From NCBI GenBank assembly GCA_019654215.1, contig BPDI01000006.1, positions 28,649 to 92,648 of the forward strand: 64,000 nucleotides of DNA. The letters are read 5' to 3'. Source of the DNA: Gammaproteobacteria bacterium (GTDB lineage Bacteria > Pseudomonadota > Gammaproteobacteria > Pseudomonadales > Pseudohongiellaceae). Below are positions 10,210 through 20,146 of the stretch, piece by piece (within the stretch, counting starts at the first letter, position 1; every line of letters starts with the position of its first letter). The notes below the pieces were generated by a model, which was given only the letters and a program-made list of their open reading frames with translations, was not told the origin of the DNA and searched no databases. Position numbers and translations under genes: made by a program.

Positions 10210-11350
10210 TCAGGATTTCATCCGCCAGTCTACGGGCTTTTATATTCCAAAGAGTCGTGCTCAAACTATCTGGCGCATTATTCACACCGACCCACCATTG
10301 CTTGTAGGCATTATCGTCCTCTGCGCTTTTGGCCTGTTCGTACTTTACAGCGCCAGTGATGGGGATCAGATAATGGTTCAGCGACAAGCTTTAATTATGC
10401 TCGCAGGCCTAGTGCTAATGTTTATCGTTTCGCAATTTAGCCCGCATTTCTTTCGGCGTTGGGCGCCATCACTCTATGGTGTTGGTCTGGCATTGCTAAT
10501 TTTAGTTTTGTTTATAGGCGTGGAAGACAATGGCGCTCGCAGTTGGTTGGATCTTCCAGGGTTGCCAAGTTTTCAGCCTTCTGAAACTTTGAAAATTGTG
10601 GTGCCGTTACTCATGGCTTGGTATCTGGCTAGCAGGCCATTGCCGCCGCGTTTCAAGCATCTCTTTTGGTCAGCAATAATGATCTTGATTCCAGCTGCAT
10701 TAATTGTTGTGCAGAATGACACCGGTACGGCGATTATGGTTGCCATGTCTGGTGTGTTTGTAGTGCTGTTGGCAGGCATTCGTTGGCGGATTGTGTTTAC
10801 CGGTATTTTTGCTTTACTTTTAGCTTCACCGTCCTGGTATTTATTTCTCGCACAAGATCATCAGAAGAATCGCATTCTTACTTTTTTTGATCCCTACCGA
10901 GATCCGACCGGTGCCGGGTACAACATTATCCAGTCCCAAATAGCAATTGGTTCTGGAGGTGTTTACGGTAAAGGCTATGGCAATGGTGCACAATCACATC
11001 TGGATTTTATTCCAGAGAGCAATACCGATTTTATTCTGGCGGTTTTGGCGGAGGAGTTTGGCTTACTCGGTGTCTTGTTTTTAATTAGCTTGTACTTATT
11101 TGTGTTGGTGCGTGGTTTTTATATAACCTATGCAGCGAAGGATATGTTTAGTCGCTTGCTGGCTGGCAGTATAACTCTCACCTTTTTCTTTTATGTATTT
11201 ATTAATATGGCCATGGTGTCAGGGTTGGTGCCTGTTATCGGATTACCGCTTCCCCTCGTAAGTCGTGGCGGTACTGCCATACTTACGCTGTTCATCGGTT
11301 TCGGTTTGCTCATGTCGATTCACACCCATGGGCGCGTACGACCTAACTAA
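10202..11350 (+). CDS. rodA: rod shape-determining protein RodA (SEDS glycosyltransferase)
   Basis: 382 aa polytopic protein with the SEDS signature (PSETLKI..., GSGGVYGKGYGNG...LDFIPESNTDFILAVLAEEFG, PLPLVSRGGTA). It overlaps the mrdA end by 8 nt. Confidence 0.9.
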   Translation: MNSQDFIRQSTGFYIPKSRAQTIWRIIHTDPPLLVGIIVLCAFGLFVLYSASDGDQIMVQRQALIMLAGLVLMFIVSQFSPHFFRRWAPSLYGVGLALLILVLFIGVEDNGARSWLDLPGLPSFQPSETLKIVVPLLMAWYLASRPLPPRFKHLFWSAIMILIPAALIVVQNDTGTAIMVAMSGVFVVLLAGIRWRIVFTGIFALLLASPSWYLFLAQDHQKNRILTFFDPYRDPTGAGYNIIQSQIAIGSGGVYGKGYGNGAQSHLDFIPESNTDFILAVLAEEFGLLGVLFLISLYLFVLVRGFYITYAAKDMFSRLLAGSITLTFFFYVFINMAMVSGLVPVIGLPLPLVSRGGTAILTLFIGFGLLMSIHTHGRVRPN

Positions 11351-11515
11351 CTGAAAATAAAAGAAATTATTTGCCTCTCATCATGATTTGAAGCAGAAAA
11401 TGTGCTGGATTAAGGATCTGCCACTGCTGCTCCGGGCCGGATTGATTAAAATTCTCACTGTTTTGGACGCTAAGTAACTAACTTACTTAGATTTTCTGTA
11501 CTTCAGCAGCAAAAA

Positions 11516-12376
11516 ATGGCAGCGTATATAAGAATAGTTGGCTTTGTATTTTTAATGGGGGCATTAGCAGCCTGCTCTTCAGCGCCTGCTCCGACTCCAC
11601 CGAGTTCATCGAGCCGTTATTCAATTGAACAGGACCGTGCACCAAGCGGACATCTTGATATTGCTTCGATTCCTGAAGTAGTACCTGAACCTTTTGCCCG
11701 TACATTGGCAGGTAACCGGTCGCCCTACACCGTGTTGGGTAAGACTTATCACGTAATGGTCACAGAAGACGGCTATAACGAGCGCGGGATCGCATCTTGG
11801 TATGGTGAAAAATTTCATGGTCATAAAACTTCAAATGGTGAGGTCTTCGATATGTATAAGGTCTCAGCAGCTCATAAGTCTTTACCCATTCCAAGTTTCC
11901 TGCGAGTAACCAATTTGGATAACAACCGCAGTCTCGTTGTCCGAGTAAATGACAGAGGCCCTTTTCATGGTGATCGAATCGTTGACTTGAGTTACGCGGC
12001 AGCGTTGAAACTTGGATACGCAGATCGAGGTACTGCAAGGGTTCAGTTGGAAGCGATAATTCCCGATGGAGTTGTAGTCGACCGTGCTGCGGGAATAACA
12101 ATAATACACTGTCACAGCAGACCTTGAGGGTTGCGAGCACAGGAGACAAATATATACAGGTTGGCGCCTTGCGGACATTAATTCGGCCCGCGAGATGTCA
12201 GATAAGTTGAGAGCTATGACCAATAGGCCAGTGTTTATTAGATCCTTAGATAGTCCAACAGCGGTGTATTGCATCGAGTTAGAATCGGCCCGGTTAATGA
12301 CACCAGTGAAATTCGACGAATTACACAAAGTGTTGTTGCTGCTAACTTGGGAAGTCCGTACACTGTAACTGAGTAG
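11516..12376 (+). pseudogene. rlpA: septal ring lytic transglycosylase RlpA (DPBB + SPOR), C-terminal part frame-shifted
   Basis: ORF 11516-12127 carries a lipoprotein signal (LMGALAACS) and the RlpA DPBB core (GIASWYGEKFHGHKTSNGEVFD...AHKSLPIPSFLRVTNL...VVRVNDRGPF). My translation of other + frames over 12127-12376 gives a SPOR domain (KYIQVGA..., ...HRVRIGPVNDTSEIRRITQSVVAANLGSPYTVTE, stop at 12374-12376). Confidence 0.75.
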
Positions 12377-12450
12377 TATTCATGATCTATGCACTTGCTT
12401 TTGTCACCTCTCGGCACCACATAATTTAAGGCTTTAACACGGGTTTCTTT

Positions 12451-13646
12451 ATGTTTTTAAAGAATGCAATCTATCAACTTTTGCCACGTCCCCTAATTCA
12501 GGGAACAACGCTTTTTGGTCTGTTGTTTTTAAGTATGTCTTAGTTTCGCGCAGACCATCATTCCTCGCGCACCTGAAATTGCAGCAACCAGTTACATCCT
12601 CGTGGATGCTCGTACAGGTCAAATCATCGTGGAAGAAAATGCGGATGAGCCATTACCGCCTGCGAGTCTGACTAAAATCATGACCTCCTATATTGCTATT
12701 GAAGAAATCATCAATGGCAACTTATCCCTGCGGGATGAAGTGCATATCAGTGAAAAAACCTGGCGTATGGAAAGGGTCTAAAATGTTTGTGGGGGTGAAC
12801 ACTCAGGTAAGTGTCGAAGATATATTGCGGGGCATTATCATCCAATCGGGAAATGATTCTAGCGTTGCCATTGCGGAACATATTGCAGGTAGCGAAGAAG
12901 CATTTGCGGATATGATGAATCAGTACGGCGAAGTATTAGGTCTTACCAATAGTTTCTTTATGAATTCGAGTGGTCTCGATACCGAGTTGTACTACAACAC
13001 GATGTCTGCGCGCGACTTAGCCAAACTGGCGCAATCATCAATCATCAGGCATGCTGACTATTACCCAATGTATGCGGAACGGGAATTTACCTACAACGGA
13101 ATCCGACAATCGAATCGAAACACCTTGTTATTTCGTGATCGCAATGTCGACGGCATGAAGACTGGTTGGACTGATGCTGCAGGCTATTGCCTGGTTGCGT
13201 CGGCTGAACGTGATGGCATGCGTTTAGTTTCAGTGGTAATGGGAGCAGCCAGTGAAGAAGCTCGTGCTATTGAAACACAAAAGTTAATGACTTATGGCTT
13301 TCGATACTTCGAAACACACAAGCTATATGATTTGAATCAAGTATTAACTAATGTCCCAGTTTGGTCTGGCGATCAGAACGTAGTGGATCTCGGTATACAG
13401 GAAGAAGTGTATGTCACTATCCCAAGAGGTCAGGCAGAATCAATGCAGGCCACAGTAGATGTCGATGAAATTATTCGCGCACCACTTAGTAATGGTCAGA
13501 TTATGGGTGTTGTAAATGTAACCCTGGACAATGATCTTATTTACACCGGCGACGTAATCGCCATGCAAGAAATTGTGCAGGGTGGAATCTTTAAGCGCTT
13601 CATCGATTGGGTTACGTTGTTGTTTGCGAATTTGTTTGCAGGTTAA
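12451..13646 (+). pseudogene. dacA: D-alanyl-D-alanine carboxypeptidase (PBP5/6 type), N-terminal part frame-shifted
   Basis: ATG at 12451 opens a signal peptide. The segment APEIAATSYILVDARTGQII...PPASLTKIMTSY (SxxK) is readable in another frame upstream of ORF 12693-13646, which holds SGN (IQSGNDS) and KTG (KTGWTDAAG) plus the PBP5 C-terminal domain. Confidence 0.8.
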
Positions 13647-13656
13647 CAAGTTTTCT

Positions 13657-13944
13657 ATGTCTGCAGATTCAACTTCGGGTGATCAAGAACCTCCTAAAAT
13701 AAAATTTCCTTGTTTGTATCCAATAAAAATCATTGGCAAAGCGGCCGATGATTTTCAGGTTTCCGTCATTGCAGCAGTTGAGCGTTACACTGGCACCATC
13801 ATGTCGGATCTAATCAAGGTTCAACCAAGTCGCCAAAAAAACTATGTTTCAGTAACAATAACAATTGCTGCAACTGGCGAAGATCAGTTGAAAAACATTT
13901 TTCTGGATCTGAAAAAAATTGAAAGCGTAAAAATGGTGCTTTGA
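13657..13944 (+). CDS. ybeD: YbeD/DUF493 family protein
   Basis: Uses the internal Met of ORF 13573-13944. The ~95-aa product (KFPCLYPIKIIGKAADDF...VSVTITIAATGEDQL) sits in the conserved slot between dacA and lipB. Confidence 0.75.
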   Translation: MSADSTSGDQEPPKIKFPCLYPIKIIGKAADDFQVSVIAAVERYTGTIMSDLIKVQPSRQKNYVSVTITIAATGEDQLKNIFLDLKKIESVKMVL

Positions 13945-13988
13945 TTTGCGACTAAGTGACTATAAATGGTTTCAAGCTGAACCATTAG

Positions 13989-14634
13989 TTGCAGATTCCT
14001 TCCTGCCGAATCTTTGTTGTACGGCGATTAGGATTACAGGATTACGATCCGATATGGGGTGCAATGCGCTATCTTGTAGAAAATCCTAAAGAAAAAAGAA
14101 ATGATGAAATTTGGTTGCTTAGTCACAAACCTGTATTTACACAGGGACAGGCAGGCAAAGAGGAGCACATCCTAAACCCCGGTAATATTCCAGTTGTTCA
14201 TATCGATCGGGGTGGGCAGGTCACATATCATGGGCCTGGTCAACTAGTTGCATATCTCTTAATTAATGTAAGGCGCAGAAAATTAGGAGTACGTGATCTG
14301 GTGGATTTGATTGAAACCGCCATGACTTTTACCTTGGCGCAGTTCGGCCTTTATCGCCGAGACCCGTCCTAAAGCTCCTGGTGTGTATGTGAGTAATGCT
14401 AAAATTGGTGCCTTAGGACTTAGGATAAAGAATGGCTGGAGTTATCACGGCCTTAGTTTGAACGTAAGCATGGATTTGTCTCCATTTCATAGCATTAATC
14501 CATGTGGATTTGAAAATCTCGCGGTAACTCAGTTATCTGACTTTATAGAAAGCGAAGAATTGCTGTTACATAAAGTCAGTAAAGTGCTATGTAATAAACT
14601 GTTAGCCGAACTAGGGTATAAAGAGCACTACTAA
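13989..14634 (+). pseudogene. lipB: lipoyl(octanoyl) transferase LipB (one frame break near 14345-14375)
   Basis: ORFs 13989-14372 ([15 protein letters not shown]...[12 protein letters not shown]...[15 protein letters not shown]) and 14383-14634 ([22 protein letters not shown]...INPCG) are the two halves of LipB. The junction reads ...[22 protein letters not shown] in the shifted frame. Confidence 0.85.
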
Positions 14635-14650
14635 TCGTAGAGAAAATTTT

Positions 14651-15616
14651 ATGGCAGAGCGTAAACGCCGAAATATGTTAGTAGAAGGAGAGAAGCTTCG
14701 GGGTGCGGAGAAGGTTCGTCGCATTCCGGTGAAAGTTATTCCTACTACTGATCTTCCATCTAAGCCCGATTGGATTAGGGTAAAGATTCCTGCGTCATCA
14801 AAAATAAGCCATATTAAAAACAAGTTGCGCCAACATAAACTCGCATCTGTATGTGAAGAGGCATCCTGTCCAAACCTTGGCGAATGCTTTAGTAATGGAA
14901 CCGCTACTTTCATGATTATGGGTGATATATGTACCCGCCGTTGTCCATTCTGCGATGTTGCCCACGGCAAACCGCGTCCCCTGGATGAAAACGAACCGAG
15001 AGAATTGGCTGAGGCGATCAGAGAAATGGGTTTGAGCTATGTTGTTATTACTTCTGTCGATCGTGATGACTTAAAAGACAGTGGTGCTCAACATTTTGCC
15101 AATTGCATTATAGAAACCCGCAAACATAATCCGGATATAAAGGTAGAAATACTGGTTCCAGACTTTCGTGGCCGTATAGATATTGCGCTGAGCATATTAG
15201 AACCAATACCGCCAGATGTTTTTAATCACAATTTAGAAACGGTGCCCAGACTCTACAAGAAGGCTCGACCGGGTGCTGACTACCAATATTCCTTAGACCT
15301 TTTGAAGGCTTACAAATCGATACGGCCAGATGTGGTAACCAAATCCGGATTAATGCTGGGATTAGGTGAAGAAATCGATGAAGTCAAACAAGTGCTTCAA
15401 GATTTGAAAGCGCATGATGTCGACATGATTACTCTCGGTCAGTACTTGCAGCCAAGCAAGGATCATTTAAAAGTCGAGCGATTTGTGCATCCTTCCGAAT
15501 TCGATATGTTAAGTGAGTATGCTGAAGGCTTAGGTTTTTCTCAGGTTGCCAGTGGGCCTTTGGTAAGATCTTCTTACCATGCGGATAAACAAGCCCATGG
15601 CGAATATATAAGTTAA
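14651..15616 (+). CDS. lipA: lipoyl synthase (radical SAM)
   Basis: 321 aa with [12 protein letters not shown] and the radical-SAM CTRRCPFC motif. Confidence 0.9.
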   Translation: MAERKRRNMLVEGEKLRGAEKVRRIPVKVIPTTDLPSKPDWIRVKIPASSKISHIKNKLRQHKLASVCEEASCPNLGECFSNGTATFMIMGDICTRRCPFCDVAHGKPRPLDENEPRELAEAIREMGLSYVVITSVDRDDLKDSGAQHFANCIIETRKHNPDIKVEILVPDFRGRIDIALSILEPIPPDVFNHNLETVPRLYKKARPGADYQYSLDLLKAYKSIRPDVVTKSGLMLGLGEEIDEVKQVLQDLKAHDVDMITLGQYLQPSKDHLKVERFVHPSEFDMLSEYAEGLGFSQVASGPLVRSSYHADKQAHGEYIS

Positions 15617-15634
15617 TCCTAAAATGAGTCAGCG

Positions 15635-16387
15635 GTGAGTGGTCGTATGAAGATTGGTCTACAACAGATCATCACTAGTATCATTGCTCTCCTGGTAGCG
15701 ATCGTTGTCGTTATGTTTATTTACGAAAATCCTGCCCGTCTCGGTGAAGAGCCGCTTATCGTTCGGGCGCTGGTCTTAAACATAGCTATAACGGCTGTAT
15801 TAGTGGCCGCTTATCCGCTGAATCCATTGTTTGCCGATCGGCCTGGCCCTTACGCTGGAATAGTCTGCATACCTGCGCTTATTCCGGGATTTATTTTTTA
15901 TATGCTGTTGCTTCCTGGAAAGGCTGGCCAGGGTTTTGAAGCGGAACAACTGGCGAGTTCACTCATAAGTGATCGTTCTAGTAATGGTATTATCGAAGTA
16001 GGGTTCCGTTATCCCATATACACTCCAACGATTTCAGTTAAGAATCACGAACTATTTACCCGTCATGTAAACGTATTCCTACGGATGGCTGATTCCAATG
16101 GTGGCGATACCCTGTTTAGGGCAGTAAGGTTCAATGTGCCCGGCAACAGCCTTAGTGTTGAGTCAACTGTGCAAGGGATGCTTAGCGAGAACAGGAGATA
16201 TTTGTTTAATCCGTTGGAGATTCCGCCGGATAAAAGCTTAGAAGGCCAGGTAGTTTTTATAATCAGTAATTTAGAAGATGGCACTACGTTCAATGATGCT
16301 CTGGTAAGTGCATATCAGGCGCAGTTCGAGATTCGCGATCCGGAAAACGGCCAGCTTCTACTAGAGTTTCCACTGCAACACATTTAA
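15635..16387 (+). CDS. hypothetical membrane protein (3-4 N-terminal TM helices plus a ~130-aa soluble C-terminal domain)
   Basis: Intact 250-aa ORF 18 nt after lipA. Hydrophobic stretches are IITSIIALLVAIVVVMFI, ALVLNIAITAVLVAAY and IVCIPALIPGFIFYMLLL. I recognise no family signature. Confidence 0.45.
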   Translation: MSGRMKIGLQQIITSIIALLVAIVVVMFIYENPARLGEEPLIVRALVLNIAITAVLVAAYPLNPLFADRPGPYAGIVCIPALIPGFIFYMLLLPGKAGQGFEAEQLASSLISDRSSNGIIEVGFRYPIYTPTISVKNHELFTRHVNVFLRMADSNGGDTLFRAVRFNVPGNSLSVESTVQGMLSENRRYLFNPLEIPPDKSLEGQVVFIISNLEDGTTFNDALVSAYQAQFEIRDPENGQLLLEFPLQHI

Positions 16388-16449
16388 GCTACGCAAGCTG
16401 CGAAAAAGACAAGAATGCTCGGTGTAATGACAAACAATTTGGGGGATAT

Positions 16450-17444
16450 ATGTCAAAGCAAATTAGTTTTCCATTTTTATCAGTTTTATTCCTAGCACAA
16501 TCCACGCTTGCTCAGGACTTATGGGAAGTGCCAAGAACGGATTATGGAGTTCCTGATTTGCAGGGCGTATGGACTTCTGCATCTATAACCACTTTGGAGC
16601 GAGAGTCTGCGCTGGGCAACACATTGATTGTGGACGCGGAAGAGGCTCGGCAAATCGAGCAAAACGCAGCACTCAATGTGTTAACGGAAGCTGATAATGC
16701 TCCCAGCGACCCTGATCGTGCACCTCCTACTGATGGTGATACAGATGCAGGATATAACGCGTTCTGGATTGACCCCGGAACTCGCTTGGCCCAAATCGAT
16801 GGTCAATATCGAACCTCATGGATCGTTGAACCAGAAAATGGACAGATTCCCTATACTCAGGCAGCAGGAATGGCCTTTATGGAATATGGCCAATCTACTG
16901 GTTATGACGGCCCAGAACAGCGCCCATTAGGAGAGCGCTGTATGGTTGGTTTCGGTTCTAGTGGCGGGCCGCCAATGTTACCAGTGCTCTACAACAACAA
17001 TTTGCAATTAGTTCAGAATGAAGACTATGTGATGATTGTGGTGGAAATGAATCACGATGCGAGAATCATTAGGTTGATTCAGAACATTTGGGAGATGAGT
17101 TTTCTCCATGGTTGGGCGATTCAGTGGGACCTGGGATGGGGATACCTTAGTGGTTGAAACTGTTAATTTTCATCCACAGAAAAGTTTTCGCTTTGCCATA
17201 AAGCATGTCCTTTATATGCCTCCCACTGCGAAAGTTACCGAACGATTTACCCGAACCGGCCCTGACGAAATTCTTTATGAGTTTACAGTTGAGGACGATT
17301 AGCTTACACACAGCCCTGGACCGCGCAAATTCCTTTCCGGACTCCGAGGGTTCCTTATATGAGTATGCCTGCCACGAAGGTAACTATGCGTTGCCGGGTA
17401 TATTGGCCGGAGCGCGTCGCGAGGAAAGGGAAGGGCCGGACTAA
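16450..17444 (+). pseudogene. secreted conserved hypothetical protein (about 3 frame breaks)
   Basis: Has a signal peptide (FPFLSVLFLAQSTLAQD). Fragments 16450-17157, 17108-17302 and 17205-17444 read as one ~330-aa protein (...DARIIRL.. / ..WDGDTLVVETVNFHPQKSF...ERFTRTGPDEILYEFTVEDD / ...YEYACHEGNYALPGILAGARREE). The family is unknown to me. Confidence 0.5.
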
Positions 17445-17533
17445 TTGAAATTTTATTTGCCACAGAATTACCAAGTTTTTTGTATTCTGCAATGGCTAGC
17501 CCTGCTGCACACTTGTGAATGGATCATGTTCGA

Positions 17534-18898
17534 TTACTTTATTTGGAAACAGGCGTCTAAAATATTCTTCACCGCAGGAATAAGAGAAGATCCCCTGTTC
17601 GGATAACGAGTTGTATATCTTGCTGCTCCAGGTTCGCCCCCTTTCATTAGGTAAAAGATGGACTGTTCAAACTTTCTCAATACTTCTTGTATATAAGAAT
17701 CAAACTGATTCCGTGTTACAAGTAGCTCGACATCCAGTTCAGGAATATCCAATACCGCTGATTCCTGATCCGATAGGGTGGCCTTTAATTCCTTAATACA
17801 TTGAAAGACTAAGTAGCTATGGTTGTTTTTTATAAGGTCATATAGCCTGCGGAATTTAACTGCTGCTTCATCTCCATACTCAATACGTTGCATTAAAGGA
17901 GTAGTGTACTTATTTTGATTCAGGATGTAACTCACCGCCAATTTAGAAGCAGATCTTCATATTCTTCAAAGGGAAAGGCTGTTTCAATTTCTCTATCTTC
18001 TCCCGCGCGACGCCAGCGTTCGCCCTTACCAAATATAGGGAACAACAACTCCTTGAATAGTATTTGGTCGATGTGATCTCCACCCAAACTTATACCATGC
18101 GTGGCCAGCACAGAAAATTCTTGTTCTTTTCTAAGGAGTACACAAAGATCTAGAGTCCCCCCACCAAAATCTACCGCAAGTAATATTTGTTCTTCTGATT
18201 CTGGATGGTAGTGGAGATAACTTAATGCCGCTGCGATAGGCTCTGGGTAGTATATTTGTTCATTAAATTCCGCGTAACCATAAGCCTCTGACAGTAGTTG
18301 TAAAGCAGAATGGTTTCGATCGGCGCCTGCTCCTTCAAAATTTACCGGATGACCAATGCAGACATGATTAGTATCTTCGGATTTTCTATTTATCTCAAAA
18401 TAATTTTGCTGGTGCTACGACGAATTCTTAGCAGAAGAGGAGTAATCAGAGCTACCAGCCTAAACGGTCTGTCGAATACCATTAAGCGCGGTGCGGAAGA
18501 GTTTCCGAGTAAGCGTTTTATGCCGCGAAAGAGACGACCTTTTTGTCCACTATCGATAAACGACTGGCCATAAAGTTTTTCAGTTTGCGCTTCTTGGGGG
18601 AGTCCATGATCTCCAATTTGTCCTGTAGAGGCTCTTCCCTCCCCAGCACTTCGGCGCTGAGTTCAACTGTGCGACCTGTATTGCTTTCAATATAGCAGTC
18701 GATAGCGGCTTGACCAGTGACGATTTGAAAATCTCTATCGATATAAGTAGCGGAGGGCATCACCGCACTATGGGATTCCAACTGCACTAGGTGAACATTT
18801 TGTCCATCAAAAACTGCGGCCACGCTGTTGCTAGTGCCGTAATCGACACCGATTCCAAGTTGTTTGGAATAAATCTGGCGAATAGTTCCTGACACCAA
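17534..18898 (-). pseudogene. Hsp70-family (YegD/HscC-like) ATPase, several frame breaks
   Basis: The N-terminus reads LGIGVDYGTSNSVAAV (phosphate-1 motif). My translation of complement 18360-17941 gives IGHPVNFEGAGADRN...LAVDFGGGTLDLCVL...HGISLGGDHIDQ. The C-terminal fragment holds (G)GSSLIPAVKNIL once a C4/G4 run at 17592-17595 is corrected. Total ~455 codons. Confidence 0.6.
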
Positions 18899-19124
18899 TA
18901 ACTCTTAATACTTTTACTGAACGATTGGACAAAAACTCAAAGAAGAAGCTTTGCATGAAACGAGCAATGAGCAAGCATAGCTTATTTGACCATGCCCGGC
19001 AAAATACTGAAATTCTTTCAATTTGAGCTTGAGCTTAGCTTCTTAATCAGTTGAAACTTAATGGAACTTAACCTATGCTCGTCCGGTCTCAGAATAGTCA
19101 GACAGAGCAAAATAAGGAGTATTC

Positions 19125-20066
19125 ATGAGAGCAGTATTGCGGGTTCTATGGTGTAGAACTGCCGGGTTTTTCATTACTCTCCTCATTATAATAGTTCCCA
19201 TTAGTTCCAGTGCCGGCACGATCGTACGCGTAAGTACTACTATTGGCGATTTTTCCATGGAGCTGCTCGACGATATCGCACCGATTACGGTGCGAAACTT
19301 CCTCAACTATGTGAATCGCAATGATTATAACGGCACCTACTTTCATCGCGTTGTGGATGATTTTGTAGCTCAGGGTGGTGCCTACAGGTTTCAACCTTTC
19401 GTGGGGCCTATTGATGTTCCCACCGATCCACCAATTCAGAACGAATTCAATGTCTCTAATACCAGAGGCACCGTTGCCATGGCTAAAATTGCCGGCGATC
19501 CTAACAGTGCGACCAATCAGTGGTTTGTAAATTTGGCGGATAATTTGGACCTAGATACTTCTGATGGGGGTTTTACTGTCTTCGCCAATGTCATTGGCGA
19601 AGGCATGGAAATTGTGGATGCAATAGACAACCAGCTCACAATTAATCTTGGTTTTAAAGCATCAGAAGCTCCCTATGTAACTTCCGCATATGAAGATCCA
19701 ACGAATTTTCTTTATATGAATGTTGAAATAGTTGAGCGACTAAGCTCTGCTCCAAATTTATTCGAAACTAATTCAGGACTGTTTATTACGTCTGTCGATA
19801 TTGACAATGGTTCAGATTTGATTGCTCTGAACTTCAATGTTGTTCCTTCTGGCGATGCTCTAGTCATTCAAGCTAATTTAGAAAGTGTCATCCCTCGTCG
19901 GGGGCCTGTTGAGGGAGTTGCGACTTACTCTAGTGCTGATGGACGTTTTAGAATTCCTTCACTTGAAGTTAATGCAAATGGGGAAGTGTCGATCGTTTCA
20001 AATGTTGTTTTTGTTTTAACCAATGCGAGCCCAGTGCAATTCACCCTGGAATCTTTCCAGCAATAA
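19125..20066 (+). CDS. secreted cyclophilin-type peptidyl-prolyl cis-trans isomerase with a ~120-aa C-terminal extension
   Basis: Signal-like N-terminus, then the cyclophilin core (FHRVVDDFVAQGG...RGTVAMAK...NQWFVNLADN...FTVFANVIGEGMEIVDAI). Residues from ~195 onward (nt ~19707-20066) carry no signature I recognise. Confidence 0.75.
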   Translation: MRAVLRVLWCRTAGFFITLLIIIVPISSSAGTIVRVSTTIGDFSMELLDDIAPITVRNFLNYVNRNDYNGTYFHRVVDDFVAQGGAYRFQPFVGPIDVPTDPPIQNEFNVSNTRGTVAMAKIAGDPNSATNQWFVNLADNLDLDTSDGGFTVFANVIGEGMEIVDAIDNQLTINLGFKASEAPYVTSAYEDPTNFLYMNVEIVERLSSAPNLFETNSGLFITSVDIDNGSDLIALNFNVVPSGDALVIQANLESVIPRRGPVEGVATYSSADGRFRIPSLEVNANGEVSIVSNVVFVLTNASPVQFTLESFQQ

Positions 20067-20146
20067 TCCAAAGCTTTTACCTCAACAGTTACATGAGTTA
20101 ATCTTGCGACTCATAAGTTGTGCAATAAATAAGGAATTGTTAAATC

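Noticed and set aside
11760-12420. Three overlapping minus-strand ORFs (129, 148 and 60 aa)
   Set aside because: They are antisense shadows of the rlpA DPBB/SPOR coding region, which reads convincingly on the + strand once frame-corrected.
18310-18573. 87-aa + strand ORF
   Set aside because: It is antisense to the Hsp70-like gene, whose ATPase motifs are readable on the minus strand across the same interval.
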